Assembly: GCA_032718475.1 (NCBI GenBank)
Contig: JAUCBJ010008094.1
Span: 62,001-126,000 of the forward strand
DNA: 64,000 nt
Origin: Nemertoderma westbladi
Taxonomy: Eukaryota; Animalia; Xenacoelomorpha
Direction of reading: 5' to 3'
Under the pieces are notes generated by a model that ran no database searches, was not told where the DNA came from, and saw only the letters and a list, made by a program, of their open reading frames with translations. Positions 32,301 to 45,262 of this stretch are shown here, in pieces. The translations under genes and the position numbers were made by a program. Every line of letters begins with the position of its first letter. The stretch's first letter is position 1.

Positions 32301-35300
32301 TTCCCATTCTCGTTCTATTATTAGTAGTACCTTATTGCATTCCCATTCCCATTCTATTATTAGTAGTACTTTATTGCATTCCCGTAGAACTTTATTGCAT
32401 TCCCATTCTCGTTCTATTACTAATAGTACTTTATTGCATTCCCATTCTCGTTCTATTATTAGTAGTACTTTATCGCATTCCCATTTTCGTTCTATTATTA
32501 GTAGTACTTTATTGCATTCACATTCTCGTTCTATTATTAGTAGTACTTTATTGCATTCCCATTCTCGTTCTATTATTAGTAGTACCGGTACTTTATTGCA
32601 TTCCCATTCTCGTTCTATTATTAGTAGTACCGGTACTTTATTGCATTCCCATTCTCGTTCTATTATTAGTAGTACTTTATTGCATTCCTGTAAAACTTTA
32701 TTGCATTCCCATTCTCGTTCTATTATTAGTAGTACTTTATTGCATTCCCATTCTCGTTCTATTATAAGTAGTACTTTATTGCATTCCCATTCTCGTTCTA
32801 TTATTAGTAGTACCTTATTTCATTCCCGTAGAACTTTATTGCATTCCCATTCTCGTTCTATTATTAATAGTACTTTATTGCATTACCATTCTTGTTCTAT
32901 TATTAGTAGTACTTTATTGCATTCCCATAGAACTTTATTGCATTCCCATTCTCGTTCTATTACTAATAGTACTTTATTGCATTCCCATTCTCGTTCTATT
33001 ATTAGTAGTACCTTATTGCATTCCCATTCCCGTTCTATTATTAGTAGTACTTTATTGCATTCCCATTCTCGTTCTATTATTAGTAGTACCTTATTGCATT
33101 CCCATTCCCGTTCTATTATTAGTAGTACTTTATTGCATTCCCGTAGAACTTTATTGCATTCCCATTCTCGTTCTATTACTAATAGTACTTTATTGCATTC
33201 CCATAAAACTTTATTGCTTTCCCATTTTCGTTCTATTATTAGTAGTACTTTATTGCATTCCCATTCTCGTTCTATTATTAGTAGTACTTTATTGCATTCC
33301 CATTCTCGTTCTATTATTAGTAGTACTTTATTGCATTCCCATTCTCGTTCTATTATTAGTAAAACTTTATTGCATTCCCGTAGAACTTTATTGCATTCCC
33401 ATAGAACTTTATTGCATTCCCGTAGAACTTTATTGCATTCCTGTAGTCCTTTATTGCATTCCCATTCTCGTTCTGTTATTAGTAGTCATTTATTGCATTC
33501 CCGAGAACTTTATTGCATTCCTATATAACCTTATTGCATTCCCATTCTCGTTCTATTAGTAGTAGTACTTTATTGCATTCCCATTCTCGTCTATTATTAG
33601 TAGTACTTTATTGCATTCCCATTTTCGTTCTTATTATTAGTAGTACTTTATTGCATACCCGTAGAACTTTATTGCATTCCCATCCTTGTTCTATTATTAG
33701 TAATACTTTATTGCATTCCCATATATCTTTATTGCATTCCCATTCTCATTCTATTATTAGTAGTACTTTATTGCATTCCCATTCTCGTTCTATTATTAGT
33801 AGTACTTTATTGCATTCCCATTCTTGTTCTATTATTAGTAGTACTTTATTGCATTCCCATTCTCGTTCTATTATTAGTAGTACTTTATTGCATTCCCATT
33901 CTCGTTCTATTATTAGTAGTACCTTATTGCATTCCCATTCCCGTTCTATTATTAGTAGTGCTTTATTGCATTCCCGTAGAACTTTATTGCATTCCCATTC
34001 TTGTTCTATTACTAATAGTACTTTATTGCATTCCCATTCTCGTTCTATTATTAGTAGTACTTTATCGCATTCCCATTTTCGTTCTATTATTAGTAGTACT
34101 TTATTGCATTCACATTCTCGTTCTATTATTAGTAGTACTTTATTGCATTCCCATTCTCGTTCTATTATTAGTAGTACCGGTACTTTATTGCATTCCCATT
34201 CTCGTTCTATTATTAGTAGTACTTTATTGCATTCCTGTAAAACTTTATTGCATTCCCATTCTCGTTCTATTATTAGTAGTACTTTATTGCATTCCCATTC
34301 TCGTTCTATTATTAGTAGTACTTTATTTCATTCCCGTAGAACTTTATTGCATTCCCATTCTCGTTCTATTATTAATAGTACTTTATTGCATTACCATTCT
34401 TGTTCTATTATTAGTAGTACTTTATTGCATTCCCATAGAATTTTATTGCATTCCCATTCTCGTTCTATTACTAATAGTACTTTATTGCATTCCCATTCTC
34501 GTCCTATTATTAGTAGTACTTTATTGCATTCCCATTCTCGTTCTATTATTAGTAGTACCTTATTGCATTCCCATTCCCGTTCTATTATTAGTAGTACTTT
34601 ATTGCATTCCCGTAGAACTTTATTGCATTCCTATTCTCGTTCTATTACTAATAGTACTTCATTGCATTCCCATTTTCGTTCTATTATTAGTAGTACTTTA
34701 TTGCATTCCCATTCTCGTTCTATTATTAGTAGTACTTTATTGCATTCCCGTAGAACTTTATTGCATTCCCATTCTCGTTCTATTACTAATAGTACTTTAT
34801 TGCATTCCCATAAAACTTTATTGCATTCCCATTTTCGTTCTATTATTAGTAGTACTTTATTGCATTCCCATTCTCGTTCTATTATTAGTAGTACTTTATT
34901 GCATTCCCGTAGAACTTTATTGCATTCCCATTCTCGTTCTATTACTAATAGTACTTTATTGCATTCCCGTAGAACTTTATTGCATTCCCATTCTCGTTCT
35001 ATTACTAATAGTACTTTATTGCATTCCCATAAAACTTTATTGCATTCCCATTTTCGTTCTATTATTAGTAGTACTTTATTGCATTCCCATTCTCGTTCTA
35101 TTATTAGTAGTACTTTATTGCATTCCCATTCTCGTTCTATTATTAGTAGTACTTTATTGCATTCCCATTCTCGTTCTATTATTAGTAGTAATTTATTGCA
35201 TTCCCATTCTCGTTCTATTATTAGTAGTACTTTATTGCATTCCCATTCTCGTTCTATTATTAGTAGTACTTTATTGCATTCCCATTCTCGTTCTATTATT

Positions 35301-38300
35301 AGTAGTACTTTATTTCATTCCCATCCTCATCCTATTATTAGTAGTACTTTATTGCATTCCCGTAGAACTTTATTGCATTCACATTCTCGTTCTATTACTA
35401 ATAGTACTTTATTGCATTCCCATTCTCGTTATATTATTAGTAGTACCTTATTGCATTCCCATAGAACTTTATTGCATTCCCATTCTCGTTCTATTATTAG
35501 TAGTACTTTATTGCATTCCCATTCTCGTTCTATTATTAGTAGTACTTTATTGCATTCCCATTCTTGTTCTATTATTAGTAGTACTTTATTGCATTCCCGT
35601 AGAACTTTATTGCATTCACATTCTCGTTCTATTACTAATAGTACTTTATTGCATTCCCATTCTCGTTATATTATTAGTAGTACCTTATTGCATTCCCATA
35701 GAACTTTATTGCATTCCCATTCTCCTTCTATTATTAGTAGTACTTTATGGCATTCCCATTCTCGTTCTATTATTAGTAGTACTTTATTGCATTCCCATTC
35801 TCGTTCTATTATTAGTAGTACTTTATTGCATTCCCATTCTCGTTCTATTATTAGTAGTACTTTATTGCATTCCCATTCTCATTCTATTATTAGTAGTACT
35901 TTATTGCATTCCCATTTTCGTTCTATTATTAGTAGTACTTTATTGCATTCCCGTATAACTTTATTGCATTCCCATTATCGTTCTATTACTAATAGTACTT
36001 TATTGCATTACCATTCTTGTTCTATTATTAGTAGTACTTTATTGCATTCCGTAGAACTTTATTGCATTCCCATTATCGTTCTATTACTAATAGTACTTTA
36101 TTGCATTACCATTCTTGTTCTATTATTAGTAGTACTTTATTGCATTCCCGTAGAACTTTATTGCATTCCCATTCTCGTTCTATTACTAATAGTACTTTAT
36201 TGCATTCCCATAAAACTTTATTGCATTCCCATTTTCGTTCTATTATTAGTAGTACTTTATTGCATTCCCATTCTCGTTCTATTATTAGTAGTACTTTATT
36301 GCATTCCCGTAGAACTTTATTGCATTCACATATAACTTTATCGCGTTCCCATTCTCGTTCTATTATTAGTAGTACTTTATTGCATTCCCATTCTCGTTCT
36401 ATTATTAGTAGTACTTTATTGCATTCCCATTTTCGTTCTATTATTAGTAGTACTTTATTGCATTCCCATTCTCGTTCTATTATTAGTAGTACTTTATTGC
36501 ATTCCCATTCTCGTTATATTATTAGTAGTACCTTATTGCATTCCCATAGAACTTTATTGCATTCCCATTCTCGTTCTATTATTAGTAGTACTTTATTGCA
36601 TTCCCATTCTCGTTCTATTATTAGTAGTACTTTATTGCATTCCTGTAGAACTTTATTGCATTCCCATTATCGTTCTATTACTAATAGTACTTTATTGCAT
36701 TACCATTCTTGTTCTATTATTAGTAGTACTTTATTGCATTCCCGTAGAACTTTATTGCATTCCCATTCTCGTTCTATTACTAATAGTACTTTATTGCATT
36801 CCCATAAAACTTTATTGCATTCCCATTTTCGTTCTATTATTAGTAGTACTTTATTGCATTCCCATTCTCGTTCTATTATTAGTAGTACTTTATTGCATTC
36901 CCATTCTCGTTCTATTATTAGTAGTACTTTATTGCATTCCCATTCTCGTTCTATTATTAGTAGTATTTTATTGCATTCCCATTCTCGTTCTATTATTAGT
37001 AGTACTTTATTGCATTCCCGTAGAAATTTATTGCATTCCCATTCTCGTTCTATTACTAATAGTACTTTATTGCATTCCCATTCTCGTTATATTATTAGTA
37101 GTACCTTATTGCATTCCCATAGAACTTTATTGCATTCCCATTCTCGTTCTATTATTAGTAGTACTTTATTGCATTCCCATTCTCGTTCTATTATTAGTAG
37201 TACTTTATTGCATTCGCATTCTCGTTCTATTATTAGTAGTACTTTATTGCATTCCCGTAGAACTTTATTGCATTCCCATTCTCGTTCTATTACTAATAGT
37301 ACTTCTTTATTGCATTCCCATTTTCGTTCTATCATTAGTAGTATTTATTGCATTCCCATTCTCGTTCTATTATTAGTAGTACTTTATTGCATTCCCATTC
37401 TCGTTCTATTATTAGTAGTACTTTATGGCATTCCCATTCTCGTTCTATTATTAGTAGTACTTTATTGCATTCCCATAGAACTTTATTGCATTCCCATTCT
37501 CGTTCTATTACTAATAGTACTTTATTGCATTCCCATTCTCGTTATATTATTAGTAGTACCTTATTGCATTCCCATAGAACTTTATTGCATTCCCATTCTC
37601 CTTCTATTATTAGTAGTACTTTATCGCATTCCCATTCTCGTTATATTATTAGTAGTACCTTATTGCATTCCCATTCTTGTTATATTATTAGTAGTACCTT
37701 ATTGCATTCCCATAGAACTTTATTGCATTCCCATTCTCGTTCTCTTATTAGTAGTACTTTATTGCATTCCCATTCTCGTTCTATTATTAGTAGTACTTTA
37801 TTGCATTCCCATAGAACTTTATTGCATTCCCATAGAACTTTATTGCATTCCCATTCTTATTCTATTATTAGTAGTACTTTATTGCATTCCCATTCTCGTT
37901 CTATTATTAGCAGTACTTTATTGCATTCCCATAGAACTTTATTGCATTCCCGTAGAACTTTATTGCATTCCCATTCTTATTCTATTATTAGTAGTACTTT
38001 ATTGCATTCCCATTCTCGTTCTATTATTAGTAGTACTTTATCGCATTCCCATTCTCGTTCTATTATTAGTAGTACTTTATTGCATTCCCATTCTCGTTCT
38101 ATTATTAGTAGTACTTTATTGCATTCCCATTCTCGTTCTATTATTAGTAGTACTTTATTGCATTCCCATTCTCGTTCTATTATTAGTAGTACTTTATTGC
38201 ATTCCCATAGAACTTTATTGCATTCCCGTAGAACTTTATTGCATTCCCATTCTTATTCTATTATTAGTAGTACTTTATTGCATTCCCATTCTCGTTCTAT

Positions 38301-41300
38301 TATTAGTAGTACTTTATTGCATTCCCATAGAACTTTATTGCATTCCCGTAGAACTTTATTGCATTCCCATTCTTATTCTATTATTAGTAGTACTTTATTG
38401 CATTCCCATTCTCGTTCTATTATTAGTAGTACTTTATCGCATTCCCATTCTCGTTCTATTATTAGTAGTACTTTATTGCATTCCCATAGAACTTTATTGC
38501 ATTCCCGTAGAACTTTATTGCATTCCCATTCTTATTCTATTATTAGTAGTACTTTATTGCATTCCCATTCTCGTTCTGTTATTAGTAGTACTTTATCGCA
38601 TTCCCATTCTCGTTCTATTATTAGTAGTACTTTATCGCATTCCCATTCTCGTTCTATTATTAGTAGTACTTTATTGCATTCCCATTCTCGTTCTATTATT
38701 AGTAGTACTTTATCGCATTCCCATTCTCGTTCTATTATTAGTAGTACTTTATCGCATTCCCATTATCTTTCTATTATTAGTAGTACTTTATTGCATTCCC
38801 ATTCTCGTTCTATTATTAGTAGTACTTTATCGCATTCCCATTCTCGTTCTAATATTAGTAGTACTTTATCGCATTCCCATTCTCGTTCTATTATTAGTAG
38901 TACTTTATTGCATTCCCATTCTCGTTCTATTATTAGTAGTACTTTATTGCATTCCCGTAGAACTTTATTGCATTCCCATTCTTATTCTATTATTAGTAGC
39001 ACTTTATTGCATTCCCATAGAACTTTATTGCATTCCCGTAGAACTTTATTGCATTCCCATTCTTATTCTATTATTAGTAGTACTTTATTGCATTCCCATT
39101 CTCGTTCTATTATTAGTAGTACTTTATCGCATTCCCAATCTCGTTCTATTATTAGTAGTACTTTATCGCATTCCCATTCTCGTTCTATTATTAGTAGTAC
39201 TTTATTGCATTCCCATTCTCGTTCTATTATTAGGAGTACTTTATTGCATTCCCATTCTCGTTCTATTATTAGTAGTACTTTATTGCATTCCCATTCTCGT
39301 TCTATTATTAGTAGTACTTTATTGCATTCCCATAGAACTTTATTGCATTCCCGTAGAACTTTATTGCATTCCCATTCTTATTCTATTATTAGTAGTACTT
39401 TATTGCATTCCCATTCTCGTTCTATTATTAGTAGTACTTTATTGCATTCCCATAGAACTTTATTGCATTCCCGTAGAACTTTATTGCATTCCCATTCTTA
39501 TTCTATTATTAGTAGTACTTTATTGCATTCCCATTCTCGTTCTATTATTAGTAGTACTTTATCGCATTCCCATTCTCGTTCTATTATTAGTAGTACTTTA
39601 TTGCATTCCCATAGAACTTTATTGCATTCCCGTAGAACTTTATTGCATTCCCATTCTTATTCTATTATTAGTAGTACTTTATTGCATTCCCATTCTCGTT
39701 CTGTTATTAGTAGTACTTTATTGCATTCCCATTCTCGTTCTATTATTAGTAGTACTTTATCGCATTCCCATTCTTGTTCTATTATTAGTAGTACTTTATT
39801 GCATTCCCATTCTCGTTCTATTATTAGTAGTACTTTATCGCATTCCCATTCTCGTTCTATTATTAGTAGTACTTTATCGCATTCCCATTCTCTTTCTATT
39901 ATTAGTAGTACTTTATTGCATTCCCATTCTCGTTCTATTATTAGTAGTACTTTATCGCATTCCCATTCTCGTTCTAATATTAGTAGTACTTTATCGCATT
40001 CCCATTCTCGTTCTATTATTAGTAGTACTTTATTGCATTCCCATTCTCGTTCTATTATTAGTAGTACTTTATTGCATTCCCGTAGAACTTTATTGCATTC
40101 CCATTCTTATTCTATTATTAGTAGCACTTTATTGCATTCCCATAGAACTTTATTGCATTCCCGTAGAACTTTATTGCATTCCCATTCTTATTCTATTATT
40201 AGTAGTACTTTATTGCATTCCCATTCTCGTTCTATTATTAGTAGTACTTTATCGCATTCCCAATCTCGTTCTATTATTAGTAGTACTTTATCGCATTCCC
40301 ATTCTCGTTCTATTATTAGTAGTACTTTATTGCATTCCCATTCTCGTTCTATTATTAGGAGTACTTTATTGCATTCCCATTCTCGTTCTATTATTAGTAG
40401 TACTTTATTGCATTCCCATTCTCGTTCTATTATTAGTAGTACTTTATTGCATTCCCATAGAACTTTATTGCATTCCCGTAGAACTTTATTGCATTCCCAT
40501 TCTTATTCTATTATTAGTAGTACTTTATTGCATTCCCATTCTCGTTCTATTATTAGTAGTACTTTATTGCATTCCCATATAACTTTATTGCATTCCCGTA
40601 GAACTTTATTGCATTCCCATTCTTATTCTATTATTAGTAGTACTTTATTGCATTCCCATTCTCGTTCTATTATTAGTAGTACTTTATCGCATTCCCATTC
40701 TCGTTCTATTATTAGTAGTACTTTATTGCATTCCCATAGAACTTTATTGCATTCCCGTAGAACTTTATTGCATTCCCATTCTTATTCTATTATTAGTAGT
40801 ACTTTATTGCATTCCCATTCTCGTTCTATTATTAGTAGTACTTTATCGCATTCCCATTCTCGTTCTATTATTAGTAGTACTTTATCGCATTCCCATTCTC
40901 GTTCTATTATTAGTAGTACTTTATTGCATTCCCATTCTCGTTCTATTATTAGTAGTACTTTATTGCATTCCCATTCTCGTTCTATTATTAGTAGTACTTT
41001 ATCGCATTCCCATTCTCGTTCTATTATTAGTAGTACTTTATCGCATTCCCATTCTCGTTCTATTATTAGTAGTACTTTATTGCATTCCCATTCTCGTTCT
41101 ATTATTAGTAGTACTTTATTGCATTCCCGTAGAACTTTATTGCATTCCCATTCTTATTCTATTATTAGTAGTACTTTATTGCATTCCCGTCCCATTCTCG
41201 TTCTATTATTAGTAGTACTTTATCGCATTCCCATTTTCGTTCTATTATTAGTAGTACTTTATTGCATTCCCATTCTCGTTCTATTATTAGTAGTACTTTA

Positions 41301-41896
41301 TTGCATTCCCATTCTCGTTCTATTATTAGTAGTACTTTATGGCATTCCCATTCTCGTTCTATTATTAGTAGTACTTTATTGCATTCCCATTCTCGTTCTA
41401 TTATTAGTAGTACTTTATTACATTCCCATTCTCGTTCTATTATTAGTAGTACTTTATTGCATTCCCATTCTCGTTCTATTATTAGTAGTACTTTATTGCA
41501 TTCCCATTCTTGTTCTATTATTAGTAGTACTTTATTGCATTCCCATTCTCCTTCTATTATTAGTAGTACTTTATTGCTTTCCCATTCTCGTTCTATTATT
41601 AGTAGTACTTTATCGCATTCCCATTCTCGTTCTATTATTAGTAGTACTTTATTGCATTCCCATTCTCGTTCTATTATTAGTAATACTTTATGGCATTCAC
41701 ATTCTCGTTCTATTATTAGTAGTACTTTATTGCATTCCCATTCTCGTTCTATTATTAGTAGTACTTTATTGCATTCCCATTCTCGTTCTATTATTAGTAG
41801 AACTTTATTGCATTCCCGTAGAACTTTATTGCATTCCCATTCCTATTCTATTATTAGTAGTACTTTATCGCATTCCCATTCTCGTTCTATTATTAC
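22992..41896. repeat. 39-bp minisatellite array B (TTATTAGTAGTACTTTATTGCATTCCCATTCTCGTTCTA) with 21-bp short units, ~19 kb
   Basis: The 39-bp period appears as the 13-aa repeat HSHSRSIISSTLL in the ORF track. 21-bp variants ACTTTATTGCATTCCCATAGA/CGTAGA are interspersed. Confidence 0.98.
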
Positions 41897-41978
41897 CTGG
41901 CAGGATAAACTCACTCGTGTAATAACATCCCTTGGTCAGGAATGCGTCACAACTCAATCCAGATTGAATTAAATTATT
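41897..41978 (-). other. Candidate 82-nt minus-strand exon (NNLIQSGLSCDAFLTKGCYYTSEFILP in its only open frame)
   Basis: Minus strand reads tattgttccag|AATAAT...CTGCCAG|gtaata. No recognised homology; could be a non-coding/UTR exon or chance. Confidence 0.35.
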
Positions 41979-42226
41979 CTGGAACAATAACTAATATAAT
42001 TCGCTGCTTATTCTTTCCAATTGCGGCATACTTTTTGATTGGATGGTATTATGCCAATCAACCTAGAATTTCCATGACTAAAAAATATATTATCCGCTAT
42101 TTATATTTTTATAGGCATTTTTGGGCATTAACAATGAAAAAGAATCCAAAGAATGTAATTTGGATTGTTAGTGAACTTATTTTCGAGTGTGTTGCTAGAT
42201 TGACTCGACTATTAGGAGGCCCAAAA

Positions 42227-43572
42227 TCAACGGTAGCCACTAAAAATACGTTTAAATTTATCCCACCAACCTGCGAACAGGTAAACCACACTCAATACTA
42301 CACCTACCACTACAACCATACCTCCTTCAAATAATGTCTTACCTTCATCTTCAATGTTATCATCTAGCCCTTCAACCTCACTAATCACATTATCATCTTT
42401 ACGTAATTCCTCATTCTCGTTATCCGTAACGATGTTATCACGATCAACTGCCTGCTGCGATAGAGAATGTCTCTCTTGATTGTCGCTCGGAAGAGAAATA
42501 CTTTTCAGATTGTTAGCGATTTGTTTTAGATTAGATAGAGACCTCGCAATATCCCCGTCCAACTGCTTCGCTGCGTTCGTGGCCAATGCCGTTCCAGATC
42601 TGTTAACTACATTTTGATTCGCCAGATCTCTATGGACCGACTTGCCTTCATCTATCGACCTCTTCGACTCCACAACATTCCCCTTTACAAACTCACTGGC
42701 GTTTATCTCATTCTCCTTATTCTCCATCACAGGCGCACCGATTTTTTCGTTCAAGGTTTTCGCGGTGAAAGAACAAGCGGCCATCGTCTTGTGAATTCTC
42801 TGACTCGCCTCTCTCATTTCCGCCAGGACACCGACCAGGTCTGTGCCCGGATGCTTGCGAGTGTTTCCCACGTTTCTCTTCAACGAATCAGCGTCAAGGA
42901 GGTTAACCCGGTTCTCTCTGATTGGCGAACTATCCAATGATCGCACTGTAATCGCTGTAGTTTCTCGCGGCTGCTTTTCAGAGCCAATCGTTTTCTCATC
43001 GTCACGTTCATTCCCAGTGGAAAAATCACCTATTGAAGAAGGGTTACAGAGGTTACCCCCGAAGCGATGACGTAACTCATTGCCGTTCGCCAATGGCGAA
43101 CGATTACCCGTTGCCATGACGCCAATGTGCGAACACCACGTGTAATTCATGGAATCATTGTTGTCCCAGAATTCGTCGCTTTTGGTTTGATAGCAGACTG
43201 CCAACTGAACAAATGCGTCCCCTGGAGCAAGGAACCCAAATTTGAAGCGATCTATTTCCTGGGAAACCGTCTCCACAAAGGAAGCTTCTACATTTATATA
43301 GGAGTGCCAGTTATCTGTGGTATATCTTGCGAACAAGTGCTTATAGAAGGATATATTGGACACACACACCATTCCAGAGACCAAACCACCCTCGCGTCTA
43401 CTTATAATCTCCACCTGAACGCGTTTCTGTTTAATATGCTGCTGAATTTCTTCCTTTCCAAACATTTCGTGTCGCCATATCGTCACGTTCGCGCTTTTAT
43501 TATAATCGATATCATCTTTGTGCTGATCAATTTTATCATTCGAAGAGCAAATGGTATCCATATTCTCGCAAT
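42227..43572 (-). CDS. CBM21 (glycogen/starch-binding) domain protein, PPP1R3-like, with C-terminal transmembrane segment; large final coding exon
   Basis: 444-aa non-repetitive ORF. GMVCVSNISFYKHLFARYTTDNWHSY..DRFKF..VQLAVCY..EFWDNNDSMNY matches the CBM21 motifs (GxVxVxNxxFxKxVxVRYTxDxW; WDNNxGxNY). Hydrophobic MVVVVGVVLSVVYLFAGWW lies near the C-terminus. Acceptor ttatttag| at 43573-43574, 11 nt upstream of the ATG at 43561. Confidence 0.88.
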
Positions 43573-44751
43573 CTAAATAATAATTTTCTTATCAGTATAA
43601 AATATTGAATCAGCGTTTTAATTAATATATCACCAAAAAATATTATTAAAATAAGTATAACAGTAAATGTTCAACATCCAATAAGTTCGCCTTTAAGTAT
43701 TACAGTAGGTTGTTAGTTATACGACAAACAATAAACTATTATACCACGAAGTACAACTGTTACCTAAACTAAAGCCCATTCATTATCGAGTCTGCTGATT
43801 GCCCACAGATTATTATTTGTAAACAATACACATGTAAGTAGTACATGTTGGTAAACATGAACACCAGAAAAGCTACCTACAGTATGGCCTGTTTTTTATT
43901 ATAAAGTAGAAGATGTTTGCCATTATGCCAACAATTACAAGAGATGAGCACTGGGTTAATTATCACTATTGTGCAGTAGCTCAGCTGCTGCTATAGGTAG
44001 CTAGGTACATTTCGGTAAAATATGGAATGAGAAAGTTTCTGGAACGACAAAACAATATCCATGGAAACAAACACAAAATTAAGGGAGTGGGGTCAATATA
44101 GGGAGTGGGCTATTGAAGCAACTTTGTGCGATTCATCAATATTAATTATAAATTAGGAGAAAGTCAAAGTTTACAGTGATAGGCTGCAGTATTCTAACCA
44201 AAACAATAAACGTGAGTCAAAAAACCCAAGCCGGTACTAACATCGATAGCGTCCGTTTAATTTGTAGAGACTTGCTGCTTTCTGGATTATGGTACCAAAA
44301 TAACCTATGCAATCAATAATTATTTGAATAATTATTTTATCATAAATATGTAATAATTAAATATTATATTATTGTTAGCTTTAATTCCCCTATTTTCAAT
44401 AATTTAACCTGGTATAACCCATTATGGCCCATGTGGTTTAGATCAATAAAGATGAATTAAGATTAAGAAACTAGTTGCAATTTGGCTATAATATATACAG
44501 AAAGGGATTTGGGATTGAAAGTAGTTGCTTTCGTTTTTATGGGCGACCTATTCACTTTCCAAATTAGGCCAATTTATTTAGGTTAGACATTTAGACACCC
44601 CACTGGGTTGGCCTGCTGTCTTCCGTTCAGTGTGTTACTGGAAGCCAACTAACTGCTATCTTCTAATTACCACGAGAAGGTTAATGGAGGTAGTCGGGAA
44701 ACCTTAGATTCGTACGCAAACGTTTTGTACATTTTTCAATTATTATTTTAG

Positions 44752-44892
44752 GTTTCACAACCAGGGTTTAGTAGAAGTGAAACTTTTGGAAAAGTTACGA
44801 TTATGTGATAAAGACGGGAGATACAACACAATCAGAATGGTAGATTATATGTACTTCAGAAACCATCTGTGCATAGTGTTTGATCTACTGGG
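44752..44892 (+). CDS. DYRK4: DYRK4-like kinase exon (subdomains III-V: [47 protein letters not shown])
   Basis: ttattttag|G...CTGGG|gtaatt; phase 2/2; FRNHLCIVF motif typical of DYRKs. Confidence 0.9.
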
Positions 44893-44989
44893 GTAATTAT
44901 ATTATATATATTCAATAAATACTACAGTAACAATGTATATGAAAGAAAGTATTTATATTATTGGTAAAAAATATAGATAAATAAATATA

Positions 44990-45262
44990 TGGCGGGCCCA
45001 CTATCAGGAGCGCTGCAAGACGCGCCGTATTCACTTCACCCCTCTCGTGTGCTCAAGTTTGTGGTGTGTTTCGGGCGGAAGCTCAGATATTCATTAAACA
45101 CCTTGGTGAGACCTATGTGTCAACGCAGGTGGGGATGACGCAGGGTGGGTGTCGGGTGATGTGAGGCGGCGATTGCAGTTTGGGCTGCTGCGGGCTGTGT
45201 TGCTGTGTCTCAGGGGCGGAAGGAGACCATGGAGGAGTCTCGGTTTCGGAGAAGGAGCGGGT
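44990..45262 (+). mobile_element. Decayed 3'-end fragment of a non-LTR retrotransposon ORF (RLE-type, CRE-like)
   Basis: Across frameshifts it reads HYQERCKTRRIHFTPLVCS / VCGVFRAEAQIFIKHLGET / VRRRLQFGLLRAVLLCLRGGRRPWRSLGFGEGAG. This resembles, from recall and not from a search, the C-terminus FTPLVxSxxGxxGxEAxxFxKxL...RxRLxFAxLRAxxLCLRGSR of this group. GC-rich relative to the flanks. Confidence 0.65.

Noticed and set aside
41893-41904. TTACCTGGCAGG resembles the U1 snRNA 5' end
   Set aside because: No downstream U1 stem-loops or Sm site; it is better explained as the antisense of a CAG|GTAA donor.
23009-41972. His/Ser-rich and Leu/Val-rich long ORFs
   Set aside because: These are overlapping-frame translations of the 39-bp satellite with frequent frame switches.
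42614-43576. Plus-strand ORFs of 75-149 aa
   Set aside because: They are antisense shadows of the CBM21 coding exon.
43990-44030. Possible degenerate kinase Gly-loop (ATAGGTAGCTAGGTACATTTCGGTAAA)
   Set aside because: It needs several frameshifts and has no VAxK downstream, so it is likely chance.
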